A DNA stretch of 64,000 nucleotides, from contig OX337239.1 of assembly GCA_946965045.2 (NCBI GenBank), positions 2,790,001 through 2,854,000 of the forward strand, given 5' to 3'. Numbering within the stretch: position 1 is the first letter of the stretch; every line of letters starts with the position of its first letter. The position numbers and the translations under genes are program-made. Origin of the DNA: Epithemia pelagica. Its lineage: Eukaryota > Protista > Bacillariophyta. The notes under the pieces were generated by a model. That model saw only the letters and a list, made by a program, of their open reading frames with translations, was not told where the DNA came from and did no database searches. Shown here in pieces: positions 37,017 to 48,092 of this stretch.

Positions 37017-37847
37017 TTGGGTTATTCGGCTCAAGCTATTGAGATGATGTCCATGAAAACAAAGGAGAGTATCTTCCGTGGCCATTATGGGTCATGCCAA
37101 CTTGTGGTTGCCGAGGTCTGGTACGACCTCACAACAACAACCATTCCCCAGGCTCGACTGGGCGAGAAAGAGAACACAGAAAAAGGTCTGAAACAATTTG
37201 TTGTTGCGATGTACTTTTTGTTTGCTTACCCAAAGAATGCGAGGATGACTGCCTCCTTGTTTGCGCAAAACGAACAGTACTCTCGGCGTGACAGAGTGTG
37301 GAAATGGGTGCGGAAACTTCAGGGGCTAAAATCGAAGGTCATTAAGTGGCCCGAAGATCTGGAGGAAAGATATGTCGTAACAGTGGACGGTGTCGATATG
37401 AAAGTTTGGGAGCCGCAACTCCCTACCTTTCCTCATGACAAGAAGTTCGTCTCTAAAAAGTTCAGTCATGGCGCTGTTAAGTATGAGTTAGCGGTGAGCA
37501 TTTTCTCGGGAGATCTTGTTTGGATCAATGGCCCCTTCAAAGCAGGGGTGCACAATCTTACTATCTTTTGTCATGGGATAGCTATAGCCGATCGAGGATA
37601 TCGCTCTTCCAAGCCAGACGAGATTTACAAGCTGGCCACTCCTAACCATACTGATAGCGTTGAGCTTTCACAGTTCAAGTCCCGGTGTCGTTCACAACAT
37701 GAGACGCTCAACCAACGGATCAAGTGCTTCCGAATTCTCAGTGACACTTATTGACACTCATCGATCAATCACAAAGATGCTTTTGAAGCACTTTGCGTTC
37801 TTGTCCAGTACCAGATTAACAACGGAGCACCACTCTTTATGGTCTGA
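37017..37847 (+). pseudogene. DDE_Tnp_4-type (ISL2EU/Harbinger-like) transposase with a small deletion and a premature stop
   Basis: VTVDGVD, VKYELAVSIFSGDLVWINGPF, IADRGY, HETLNQRIKCFRIL; stop at 37754, tail ...GAPLFMV. Confidence 0.85.
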
Positions 37848-38047
37848 GGAGTATATCTAACACTCATCGCTTCTATCTATGTAGAGTCTCATCATATCAG
37901 ATCAGCATCTACAATTTGTGCGTGCTTTGCGGTAACGATAAACTAAATAGTTACTGTTAGACTACTATAATCCCATCTTTGCCATGTGCATCATCGGCAA
38001 ATAACAGAAAGATACCACTTTTATTTTTTTCTGTCCGTAGCGATTTA

Positions 38048-39429
38048 TCAACCCAACGAATCCACCAGAGCGTTGATATCGGTCACCATCGTGTCATCGT
38101 GCACCTGTTCGGAAGCTTTGTCGGCAACCAGCCAATAGGCATATAAAGCAAGAAACGTCTTGTCCCCATTTTCAATCTTCATCGGAGCAATATTCGTCTT
38201 CATATTCTTGTCGTCTCCTGGGTGGATAACAGAGTTATCCAAGACGACGCCCTCGGGGAAGATGAGCAACCAGTACTTGTTTTTGCAAGCTGGATTGCTT
38301 GTACTCTTCATCAACGTCGCTTTCATGCTACTCAACAATCCAAAAGATTTATCACCCTTGAATGCCGGGTCGTTGAGGCGGGAGAAGAACTGGGTGATGT
38401 CGTCCTCGGTAGAGTCGCGCCATGGGCCTTCGACAAGAATGGCACGATGCTCAAGGCCAGGGTACTGCTTGTCAACTTTGGCCCGGTACTTGTTTGCATC
38501 CTTGGACTCGACCTTCATGCGGGTCAGATACACGGTGCGGATGTGGTTGTGGTAGGTGACATCAGGAATTTTGAATGCCTGAACCTCCGTCGAGTCGGGG
38601 TAATCAACGACAAGTTGAGAACCTTCGGGTTCTCATAGCTGCCAAGCGGAGGTGGTTGAAGTGGGTAGCCCTCACCACCAGATGAAGAGGAAGACAGTTC
38701 AACAGCAGCGGACATATTGGGAGGCTGTGGTGGCGGAGCTTGGAGTTTTCTGGCCGACACGCGAGGGGGAGTTGCAAAAGAGGGCAGCTGCCAGTTACGT
38801 GGGGGGACCCAAGCAAAGTTTCTCTGGGGACGAGGTGGTGTCAAGGGAGCAGTGGGAAGGATGGCGGTTGTCCCAGTCTTCACCTGTTCGGTGGCCTTGC
38901 TCGGTGGATGGTGAACTCGGACCTCTCCGTCGCGTTCGTGCTTGCTTCCTTGGACCTTGTTCTCACTAACAGAGAGCTGGTCGAACGCACCAATCAATGC
39001 GAAGTCGTCAATCTCTTGCTCGGCCTCAAAGTCAGGATCTTCCTCCTCCGTATCGTACTCTTCCGCCTCGTTGGTCAACAACTCTTCGGCTGCTTCCTTG
39101 GGTTCTTCGTGCTTCGAAGAAGAAGACAAGTTGTCAGAAAAGGAATCAACAATAAACGCGTTCCACTCGGCAAGGGTAAACTCGTTTGGTTTCACCTTGT
39201 GCTCGTCGAGGAGAGCCTTGTACCTCTTGATATCCAGCTGCTTCGTGACGACACAACAACGCTTTTGGAAATGACGGAAAATCGGTCCAGAGCCGTACTT
39301 GTTGTTTCGTGGCGACGGCGGGCCAACGATTTGGCTGAAGGTAACTTCAGACCGTGGCTTCTTGAGACCTTCGATGTCCTCAAGAAGAGTCTTCACTTGC
39401 GGCGATGAAAGAGCTGGAGGAGTCGGCAT
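38048..39429 (-). pseudogene. Accessory gene 3 of the long-TIR element; unknown function, frameshift near 38600
   Basis: Two abutting minus-strand ORFs: N-terminal domain, acidic and Pro-rich linker, C-terminal domain (YWLLIFPEGVVLDNSVI, AYWLVAD). Confidence 0.55.
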
Positions 39430-39798
39430 TATGTCAGGTTGTGGGCTCTTTTCTTTCCAGCAACAAAGATGCTGTTGCAAGCCCATGATACGAGAAACAA
39501 GAACAACACGAACAATCAAACCTGTCTTGCAGCAGCGCCAATAGGATTTGTCTATAGGTCCCTGGGGACTATTTGATTGTTGAATATGTCCCAAGGTGAC
39601 CGTGGGAATGAAGCATAAGGTCCCATGGATTCAACTTGTGGCGGACCGACCTTCCCGTCAAGCTACTGGGTCGTACATACGAATGAAAACTCTGGCGCCC
39701 AACTGAAACCGTAGACAATTGTAGGTACTCCTACTCCTAAAATACTAGTCTGTCATTTGTAACGCGATTCTACTTTGAGAGTCTTATCATTTTTCATC

Positions 39799-40382
39799 AT
39801 GTCGGCAAAGAGGCAGAAAGTAAGTGAAGGATGGATCCCCTGGAGGACCTCCGCCACACGAGCACTGCTCATGAACGACCTTGAGCGTGGCTTTATTTGG
39901 CTTGATGCAGGCGAAGAAGAAACATGGATCCAATACAAGGATCACCAAATTCTTGTCTCCGAAGGTGTTGTCCATAGCCAGTTTGTGGCTCGTTCCAAGG
40001 TCCACAAAAACCAGGTTGCCGCCAAGAAGCTTGCATCTCACTTCCAGGAGACTGCATTATTGCATTATCGGGCGATTCAACCCAGGGAATCCCATGGCGT
40101 CGAATCTGAGGCCACTCTGCGGCCAAGCTCCTTCTTGAATGTGATGTCGGCAACGGAACCCATGAACGGATGACACCAAGTGAGTTATACCTCTAACGTC
40201 CAGAATATCAAGCCTTTTCACTTGATGTCTTCAAGAACCACATCCGCCAGGAAGTCCACCGCCAGAAATTCCTGCATCATGTTGAAACGAAGCGCAAGGA
40301 GAAAGAAGAGAAGAAACGTGGTGAGCGAAAGAGGAGCCGTGAAGTGTCGAAGTCGCCGGATACGATGTCGGATAGCCCGTGA
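39799..40382 (+). pseudogene. Accessory gene 4; internally repeated small domain, frameshift near 40110 and one stop
   Basis: SATRALLMNDLERG is echoed by SAAKLLLECDVGNG; tail RPEYQAFSLDVFKNHIRQEVHRQKF; Lys-rich end. Confidence 0.55.
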
Positions 40383-40395
40383 ACCCCATAGCCCG

Positions 40396-41010
40396 TAGCT
40401 TAAACTTCGTAGTAGTTGTTGGTTGATTGTTGTGTTTGACTTGTTGTCTTGTTGTCTTTGTCTTGATGTCTTTGTCTTGTTGTCTTGTTGTCTTTGTCTT
40501 GTTGTCTCGTTGTCTTCTTGTCTTCTTGTCTTCTTGTCTTCTTGTCTTGATCAATTTGTGTACAAATAGTGACTGTACGATGGGGGAGGGCAGTTCTCGA
40601 GCACGTGCAGAGTCCATGGTTAGTTATGGATCATCTGGGACCGTGCTTTGGTATATTTATAGTACATTTGTACATTTAAAATAGTACCGATGTACACTAC
40701 CATAAAACTTGTCTCTAAGCCTAAAACCATTGCCCCTGAAGTGGGAACGGAATGTTTTGTAAGTGGAGTCGTGCATATCGACCGTTGAGAGCGGGACCAA
40801 CAAATCTATGAGGATTAGCTAGTGTAGATCTCAGTACAACAATCAATTGTGTGACACCAGTTTGTATGTGTCGTCCCGCTCGCTGGAAACGACAGACTCG
40901 CCAAACAGGAAAAAGACAACAAGATACCTAGTGTATGGTAGCTAGGAGACAACAAGTGTCCTCTAGCTATGTGGTCATAATGCTGAAGAGGACATAGCTC
41001 CGGGTGTTCC
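40396..41010 (-). repeat. Right TIR (~615 bp)
   Basis: Inverted copy of 35608-36260. Confidence 0.95.
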
Positions 41011-41549
41011 CGAAGTTATGCCTTGCACCCATACTTGTCCTACGATGATGTAGTAGAAATCACTCGTCGCAAAATTGTGGGACAAATGGCCATCAGAAGA
41101 TGTGATTTAACCGCAACTTGGCCAACAAAACCTCGGTAATGTTGTGAGTTGTCGTATTTACCGGGTATCCCTGAACCAATTCTATGACAAAGGTACTAAG
41201 CTTTTTGGACAAGAGAGTTGCTTATCTCTGATGGAGTAACTATCCCATGATCGTTGACCAAGTAGATGGGGTTCATTGGCCACTTTCAATCACTCGTTTA
41301 AAAAATCATCGCCTTGTTGGTTCTGTTCTTCTTTCTTATTTTATTGGCTGACGGCTGACAAACCCCTTGTTTCTAGATTTGATTACTGTGTTCTTTCTTC
41401 ATATGACAATGGACTTTCCGGTCGCCACCGGGGTACTGGGAATCAAAGGATATCTCTTGTCTTTTCGCTTCTTACTTGATTAGTACTCCTTGTACTACCC
41501 CTACTCTCTCCGTTATACTAGGAGTAGTGGTCAAGTGGTTGAAGGGGAC

Positions 41550-42751
41550 TCAGAGAAAAGTGGTCCAATTCCCACTTATTTCAGCCATCAGTTTTTCCTT
41601 GTTGGTGTGATTTGGATGATGATGAATGGCCAATGGAAACCCCTTTTGTTTCAATGGAATTAAACTCCGGCCCATATACATAGTATTCTGAAAAGCCCAG
41701 GAAGACTTGAACGCAATCATCTGCTCCTTATTTTTCATGCAGCTCTTCTCGGAACAAAACCTTGAAACTCCATTCTCCAAGCTGAAGAACGCTCCGCCAT
41801 ATATTCCATTAAAGTGCAGATTTGCAATTTCACCTCGTTCTATGACTTGATACCCAGGATTTTGAAAAGGCTGCTTGACTTCCCATCTCTCAGGAATTGG
41901 CCCCACTTTGGCACCAGGTTTTTTTTTGTTCTTAAGATAATCCTTAACATTGTTCAAAAGAATCTGATCCCCAACGGCATTTGCTGGAAGTTTGATCTCA
42001 CGTAGAGAACGCCAGAAATGTTTGTAGAACTTCTGGTTGTTGACTATCATCACTCCTGAGCAGCTCTTTATTTGGAAAAGGTATTCAGAATCTGCAGCTC
42101 TCCACAAGTCTTGTATGTTTGCCAGTACCACGACATCTTGGTCCAAATATATCACTGGGCCTATATTCGGAGATAAAAAGAGACTAGAATAGAGGCGATA
42201 GAATCCACCATTTCCACTGAAAAAAGAGTCAAAGATGAGGACTGAGAAAACAAAAGTCATTGCACAATAAGTCCATTTTCGTGTGGTGAATCGACTACTT
42301 ACATGCGTTGACTAAATTTCCATGACTGGTATCGCCAGTATAGAATGTTGTCCTTCATAAAACGTTCATCGTCCTTGGTAACAACGTAAAAATTAAGGGA
42401 GATGGAATGTTTCCAGTGTGATCCCTCCAACTGAGTCTTGATAAGGAGTTTATCAACTTCTTTCTTGGAACCTTCGTCCACTAAAACGTGAATGGCAAAC
42501 GGGTAGTCGGCAGGAGCATTCATTAAAACAGATTTCAGTGACACTTCGAATTCATCACGAATATCAGACGCATTGCCACCAATACCATACATCAAATGAA
42601 CTGTGTTTGAATCCCCTCTGTCAAGTAATTTCTCCACAATCTCCTTCTCCGCAATTACCTCTGGTTCAGGAAAAAGATGCATTTCAATAATGATGGTTGT
42701 TAATGAAAGTGAAAGTAAAGAAAAGAGCGCTACGTTCTTCGTCTTCATCAT
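41550..42751 (-). CDS. GT8 family glycosyltransferase (type II membrane); intron 42217-42302
   Basis: N-terminal hydrophobic anchor; EVSLKSVL; GGFYRLY; DxD in IYLDQDVVV; GDQ; HFNG. The GTAAGT...TTTCAG intron restores the frame. Confidence 0.75.
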
Positions 42752-42965
42752 CGGGGAGGTGGTTGAGGAGAAAGAGATTTTTTTGACGGAAGTTGGGGAA
42801 ATCGGCCCTGTTATGCACAATCCGGGTCATAGGCCAAAAATTAGGGCGTAGTTTACTTTTACAGGGATAGATTTTGGCAACTGGGGAGGACGGTCATGTC
42901 TACTAATGGAATGGAATTGTAGTAACACACTATGAGTAATTACTAGATTAAAGATACGCTAACTT

Positions 42966-44037
42966 CTAGAGCTCCACGGCTGCCAAATCTGGGCCATACT
43001 CAATTTGAGCAATGTGGTCGTCGTCCCAATTGGGATCGACGTAGTCTACATCAAAAAGACGCTCCCCGTGTTGGATGGAAAGCTGCGTTACAATGGCAGC
43101 CAGCCGAAACGCCTTTCCATGATTCACCAGGTTGTGGCGCCAGACTTGTTTGAGGGCGCCAAATCGTTTGAATCGGTTGTTGATTGTTTCGTGGCGTCGT
43201 CGGCAAATTCTCTCCATCTGTTCGAACTCTTCAATCGCTGTCCCACAGACACACGGGCAACGGACATGCATTGGTGCCTCACCACGGTAGCCATCGTCGG
43301 CTTCCACCCGTTCGCCCTAGTCCAGTAGGTAGATTATGCCGCTGTTGCGGAACACAGACACATCGTTGTAGATGCCTGGTTCCCACGGACCAGAAATCCA
43401 GACCAGATCTCCCGTGCGAATGCACGTTGCCACCTCATAGCGTAGGCCGGAGTGATTAAACTTGTAGGAGTAAAATCTCCGGCCGCTATGGCTAATAAGA
43501 AAGTCGGTACCATCCACATTGACGAGGCAATCATTGCCAATGTCATCACTAAGACGTTTATCAAAATCAATCTGCCAAAGAAAATAATCCAAAGGTTAGA
43601 ACCAATAGGAAACAGGTCAAACAGTGCAATCAAGAACTTACCACTACATCTGTTAGGTAGGAGACGGCTGTCATGAACAGCCGAATCCATTTTCGAATGG
43701 TTTTACGATCATGGATCCCAGTTGGATCCGAACAAAGTACAGTAAGTGTCTCCTCTGTGGAATACACTTTCACAAACAGCAAGGCCCAAAACAAGTGGAT
43801 GAGCTTGCCTCCTTCTGGCACCAAACAATGCTCTACAAGAAGACTCCACAACGCAAGCACGACAACGGGTGAGCAACCAAAAAGTGCACGAAACTTCTTG
43901 TCCTCAGTTGTGGGAGCCCTGTCCTTGTACGGGTCACAGCCGAAGATGATGCGTGCCTTGTACATCATATCTTCGACCGTGAGCTCCTGTTCTCGAGTGC
44001 GTTTGAGGGGAGGCGAAGTATCACTCTCGTCCATCAT
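42966..44037 (-). pseudogene. Second DDE_Tnp_4-type (ISL2EU-like) transposase; intron 43572-43641, one TAG
   Basis: FRALFGCS, HLFWALLFVKVY, VNVDGTD, LRYEVA, EADDGYRG, RHETINNRFKRF; 70-nt GTAAGT...CTAAC...CAG phase-0 intron; TAG at ~43317. Confidence 0.9.
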
Positions 44038-44652
44038 GGTTGATGAGAGTGCATGTAGGATGACCTTCAAAAAAGTGGGGAGAAAGATCATTCGGAACCG
44101 TTCGGAAACTTGGCACGCTTTGCATGTGTTCTTGCGCCCAGTTGAGGTGCGCCAACGACTGCCAAATTGCAAATTAATAATATTGTGATTCCGATAAGGT
44201 AGGTAGACAGGAGCACTCATTAACGGACAGTGGTGCACAGATTCAAACTAGGTACAATAGTACAAGTATGGTGAATTGATCAGGCAATGCTGTGTCCTTT
44301 TCCGTTGGATGCCAAGGCAAGACCCAGAAGAATTTTTTGTTCAAAGTTTTGTGGCACCAAGCAACAGTCGGGATGCCAAGTACATTCTGATACCAAGAGG
44401 GAGGAACTAAAAAAGACGAACCAACCATGACGAGAGTCATAACAGCATGACCAACAAAACAGCATTGTGGTCCGACAGCAATGATATGGTGACGTTTGGA
44501 CATTCTGCCACGAAAAAGACGACGAGTGATTTCGAACAGGAACTATCGTATCTCCGTAGCGACAGGTAGAGTTGTTTACGTCGAACTTATCCATTGATTC
44601 CAGTCGTAAGTATAATTCTGCACTAGAAGAGCTTGTGGACATTGTTCTAGTA

Positions 44653-45681
44653 TTAATTTGGTACAGAATGGATAGTGTGGTTTGTTTCGTTGGGGTATTT
44701 TTTTCGGTAATCATGTTCAATTCGTAGTCCATACTCCTCCAAACCGTGCACACTCTCTGCAAATTCATCAAATATTTGACATAGGGCTGGATGGCTTGTT
44801 TCAGTACGTCCCCTCCATGGTTTGTGGACTGTAAAATGGATTGTTTCAAAGATGTGTAAGCGATTTTCCAAAAAGTATTGAAAGTCCTTGGAGCCCAATG
44901 ATGAACTCAAGGGCGCAAATTCTGTTGGCAATGTACACATACGGAGACGCTGGTTCGCTTGAGTAAAGTTTGCGGCTAGAAAACCTTGTTGACCATGCCC
45001 CGAGTCCATGAAATCTGGATCACTGAAATTAAAGCGGTGATCTTCCCGAAGATAGACACTTGGTAGGACTTTGATCAAATCATCAAAAAGTGCTTTGTTT
45101 GGTTCAATGACCATAGCACCACTGTTCCATTCTATGTTGTCTTTGGCCTGAATGGCACATGGAGCTGGATAATCAAACCAATGCATGATATTTCTTCGAA
45201 TGAAAACATCTTGATCTAGTGTGATGAGTTTGTCGTACTCGGTCAAATTGAACAGAAACAGCTTGTTAAAAGTTCCCGCCCATAGGCCTTTGTTTACTTT
45301 TCCCAGCACATAGGTTTTCTCGACCACATGAATGTGCTCTGGTGGATACCAATGATGGAGGACCGACCACAGGTTGAGATTCTTAATGACAAACGAAGGA
45401 TGCGTGACGGTCACAAGTGGAATGTCCATGCCAAATTTCTTCATTTGATTCCGAATGGAATATATACCGTAAATGTCTTCCGCGTTATCGACAAACGTTG
45501 CCACTGCATAGTTCGGCACGCCTTTGGCAACCTCGGTGGTGGACAGGCCTTCTGGAATCACGATGTGTGTCATGGAAGCCATGAAAAATGCATGAGACAG
45601 GATGCTGCCAAGAACCAACACTTTCATCGCGCGTCTCCATTGATCCCTCATCCTGCCACTATGGACGTTGCTTCTGGACAA
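44653..45681 (-). CDS. GT8 family glycosyltransferase (glycogenin-like branch), intact ORF of 342 aa
   Basis: TFNKLFLFNLTEYDKLITLDQD, WNSGAMVIEP, GQQGFL and HFTVHKPW motifs; N-terminal hydrophobic segment. Confidence 0.85.
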   Translation of the reverse strand: MSRSNVHSGRMRDQWRRAMKVLVLGSILSHAFFMASMTHIVIPEGLSTTEVAKGVPNYAVATFVDNAEDIYGIYSIRNQMKKFGMDIPLVTVTHPSFVIKNLNLWSVLHHWYPPEHIHVVEKTYVLGKVNKGLWAGTFNKLFLFNLTEYDKLITLDQDVFIRRNIMHWFDYPAPCAIQAKDNIEWNSGAMVIEPNKALFDDLIKVLPSVYLREDHRFNFSDPDFMDSGHGQQGFLAANFTQANQRLRMCTLPTEFAPLSSSLGSKDFQYFLENRLHIFETIHFTVHKPWRGRTETSHPALCQIFDEFAESVHGLEEYGLRIEHDYRKKYPNETNHTIHSVPN

Positions 45682-45983
45682 TCAAGACCACCAGAGCGCC
45701 AATTTATGGAATTGGAAGCCGTATCATCATGGTGCGGTACCCGGACTCTGTTCGGCCACGACTCCACGTAACCATGACTCGATAGGTCCCTAGTTGAATC
45801 TTTGACACCGACGTTCTCAGAATTCAGTCCGTCCTTGTCCTGTGTGCAGATGGCTTCTCTGGCCATCGCTTACTTTCCTAGCCTATTTCCTAAAGATCAT
45901 AATTTTTACGTCTTTGTGCAATTCCTTTTGCCCGTCCTATGATTCCTTTCCTTTCCTTTTCTCACCATTGCATCTCTCCATCA

Positions 45984-46378
45984 TGGCAGACAACAACAAT
46001 GGGTTCATTACCCTTGTCGATGCACTCCGCTTCCAACGTCGCGTTGATGAGGCTCTGTCCTCCGATTCCTTTTCCGCTCTCAAGCTCAAAGATGACGACG
46101 ACAAGTACTACGCCAACCTCCTCCCATTTCGGGAGTTGACGGATGAAGACCCTCGAGATCTCTTCCTTTGGGTCCTCCACTTCGTGGACAAGATCCGCAT
46201 CTCCGGTCATCCGGATCCCTTTGCCGCTTGTTGCGAGTATTTCCCTTGCTCGGTCACCAGCGCTATCGCCGATCCCTTTCTCGAAGCCTACAACGGTTTG
46301 CCTCCAGGCACCAATCTCGATGAAGCCTGCTTCCAAGGTTTGATTGCTGCGGTTTTCGCTCCCCTTGTCCTTGTATGA
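45984..46378 (+). pseudogene. Possible Ty3/gypsy-type gag N-terminal fragment
   Basis: EDPRDLFLWVLHF...FPCSVT...ACFQGLIAAVF resembles gypsy capsid N-terminal helices. No pol or LTR nearby. Confidence 0.4.
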
Positions 46379-46624
46379 TAGGCTATGCTTGTCAATTAAA
46401 GACCCAAACAACTTCAATGAGCATCATTCACAATTGTGAATCAATAGACTCATGACATTTCAACTGATGACCTAGATGACTGTGTCCCTTTTTTGAAACA
46501 ATGAGTTTTAAATAAGAGAGATGAAAGGAATCCAATATATTGTCAGAACATAACAATCACAACTGCCCGCAGAAATTCTCCGCTGGTAAATGAGAGGTGA
46601 ATAGAATTGGCTAGTATCAAAACA

Positions 46625-48092
46625 ATTGAATCATAGATGGAGAAGGACCAATCAGGATAGGGTAGTTTTATACCAAAAGAGTGCTGAGATTTCTTTACAG
46701 GCTGATCATTACTTTAAGAAGCAAACAGAAAACTTTATTTCCTCACTAGATTAAATCTACAAGGCAATGAGCAAGTCAGATCATTTTAGTACATGGTAAG
46801 AGGAGAGATACAAAGGTGGAAAGTTTGGAGGCTTTGAGTGGATTGGTAGTGCATGTAATGAATTGTAATATGAGCACAATGGTTCCATATAGCAAAAACT
46901 TTCTTCACATGAAACTTGGCTCATGGTTGCATGTGATGAATTGTAATATGGGCACAATGGTTCCATATAGCAAAAACTTTCTTCACATGAAACTTGGCTC
47001 ATGGTTGAAATTGTCTGAAGTAGAGATTCTCTATCATTCTCTTGTACATAGACTCTTCTTTCTTTTTTGATTGTGGTTCTTTGGTATTAGCCCTGAAAAC
47101 AATGCAACTTCTCAACATGAATTTAGGGTATCGACTGTCTTATGGAAGTTGTCCGTGCCCATGTCGAATGGGCCCCTTTACTCACAGCTGAGCCAGTCCT
47201 TGGTTGTTGGCAAGATGAACTCTATAAGTGAGCCTGCGTCAGACTGTGTAATAGATTTCTATGTGGATACTGAAGAGAACAAGGAGAAGACTTGGTCTTG
47301 CCAGTATTACCTCGACCACCTATGTAAGACTCAGTACCTGACTATTTGAAAGACTACTGATCTAGCTTCTCTCATTGATTCTTTTCGATATCCCTCGCTC
47401 GCAGATGGAGTTTCTTCAGTATCAGTTAATGAAGATGCTCAAGAACCGCTTGGTCTTCTCAGCAAAATATGGCTCAGAGATGAATACTCTTGGAGCTACT
47501 CCTCATGTGGTAGTCTTCTGCATTGCAGAGCCTGATATGTCGTTGATGTGTCGAACTGTCGCTCAATAACCTATAGACCATCATGACCATCCTAGGGAGC
47601 CTTCGTCGAAGGTCCATCAAATTGTCCTTGTTGAATGCTCCACCATTCACAACAGCCCATGCACAACAACTTTCAAAAGAAATACAACAGAGCAAGTATT
47701 CTTCAGTTTGAAGGATTGAATCATAGATGGAGTAGGACCAATCAGGATAGGGTAGTATTATACCAAAAGAGTGCTGAGATTTCTTTACTGGCTGATCATT
47801 ACTTTATCAAGCAAACAGAAAACTTTATTTCCTCACTAGATTAAATCTACAAGGCAATGAGCAAGTCAGATCATTTTAGTACATGGTAAGAGGAGAGATA
47901 CAAAGGTGGAAAGTTTGGAGGCTTTGAGTGGATTGGTAGTGCATGTGATGAATTGTAATATGAGCACAATGGTTCCATATAGCAAAAACTTTCTTCACAT
48001 GAGACTTGGCTAATGGTTGAAATTGTCTGAAGTAGAGATTCTCTATCATTCTTTTGTACAAAGACTCTTCTTTCTTTTTTGGTTGTGGTTCT
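46625..48092. repeat. Direct repeat pair 46625-47082 and 47715-48092 (offset 1090 bp); copy 1 has an internal 78-bp duplication
   Basis: TCATAGATGG at 46631 and 47721 with continuous identity afterwards. Confidence 0.9.
47140..47569 (+). pseudogene. rep: Endogenous CRESS-DNA virus Rep fragment (SF3 helicase half)
   Basis: WQDEL; IDFYVD + ENKEKTW (decayed Walker A, GNKGKTW); ILFDIPR (Walker B); MLKNRLVFSAKY; PHVVVFC (motif C); with frameshifts. Confidence 0.8.

Larger units (their letters stand above)
35608..41010. mobile_element. PHIS-superfamily (ISL2EU/Harbinger-like) DNA transposon, 5.4 kb, long TIRs, four genes
   Basis: Inverted repeats 35608-36260 and 40396-41010 enclose a DDE transposase and three other ORFs. 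Confidence 0.85.

Noticed and set aside
42840-44250. TIRs for the second PHIS transposase
   Set aside because: Only an 8-bp inverted match (CAACTGGG) was found, which is not enough.
46690-46780. HUH motifs (YFKK, NLQG) in the direct repeat
   Set aside because: They are in different frames and in the wrong order for motifs II and III.
47302-47310. CAGTATTAC as a CRESS origin nonanucleotide
   Set aside because: It is in-frame Rep coding sequence (Gln-Tyr-Tyr) with no flanking stem.
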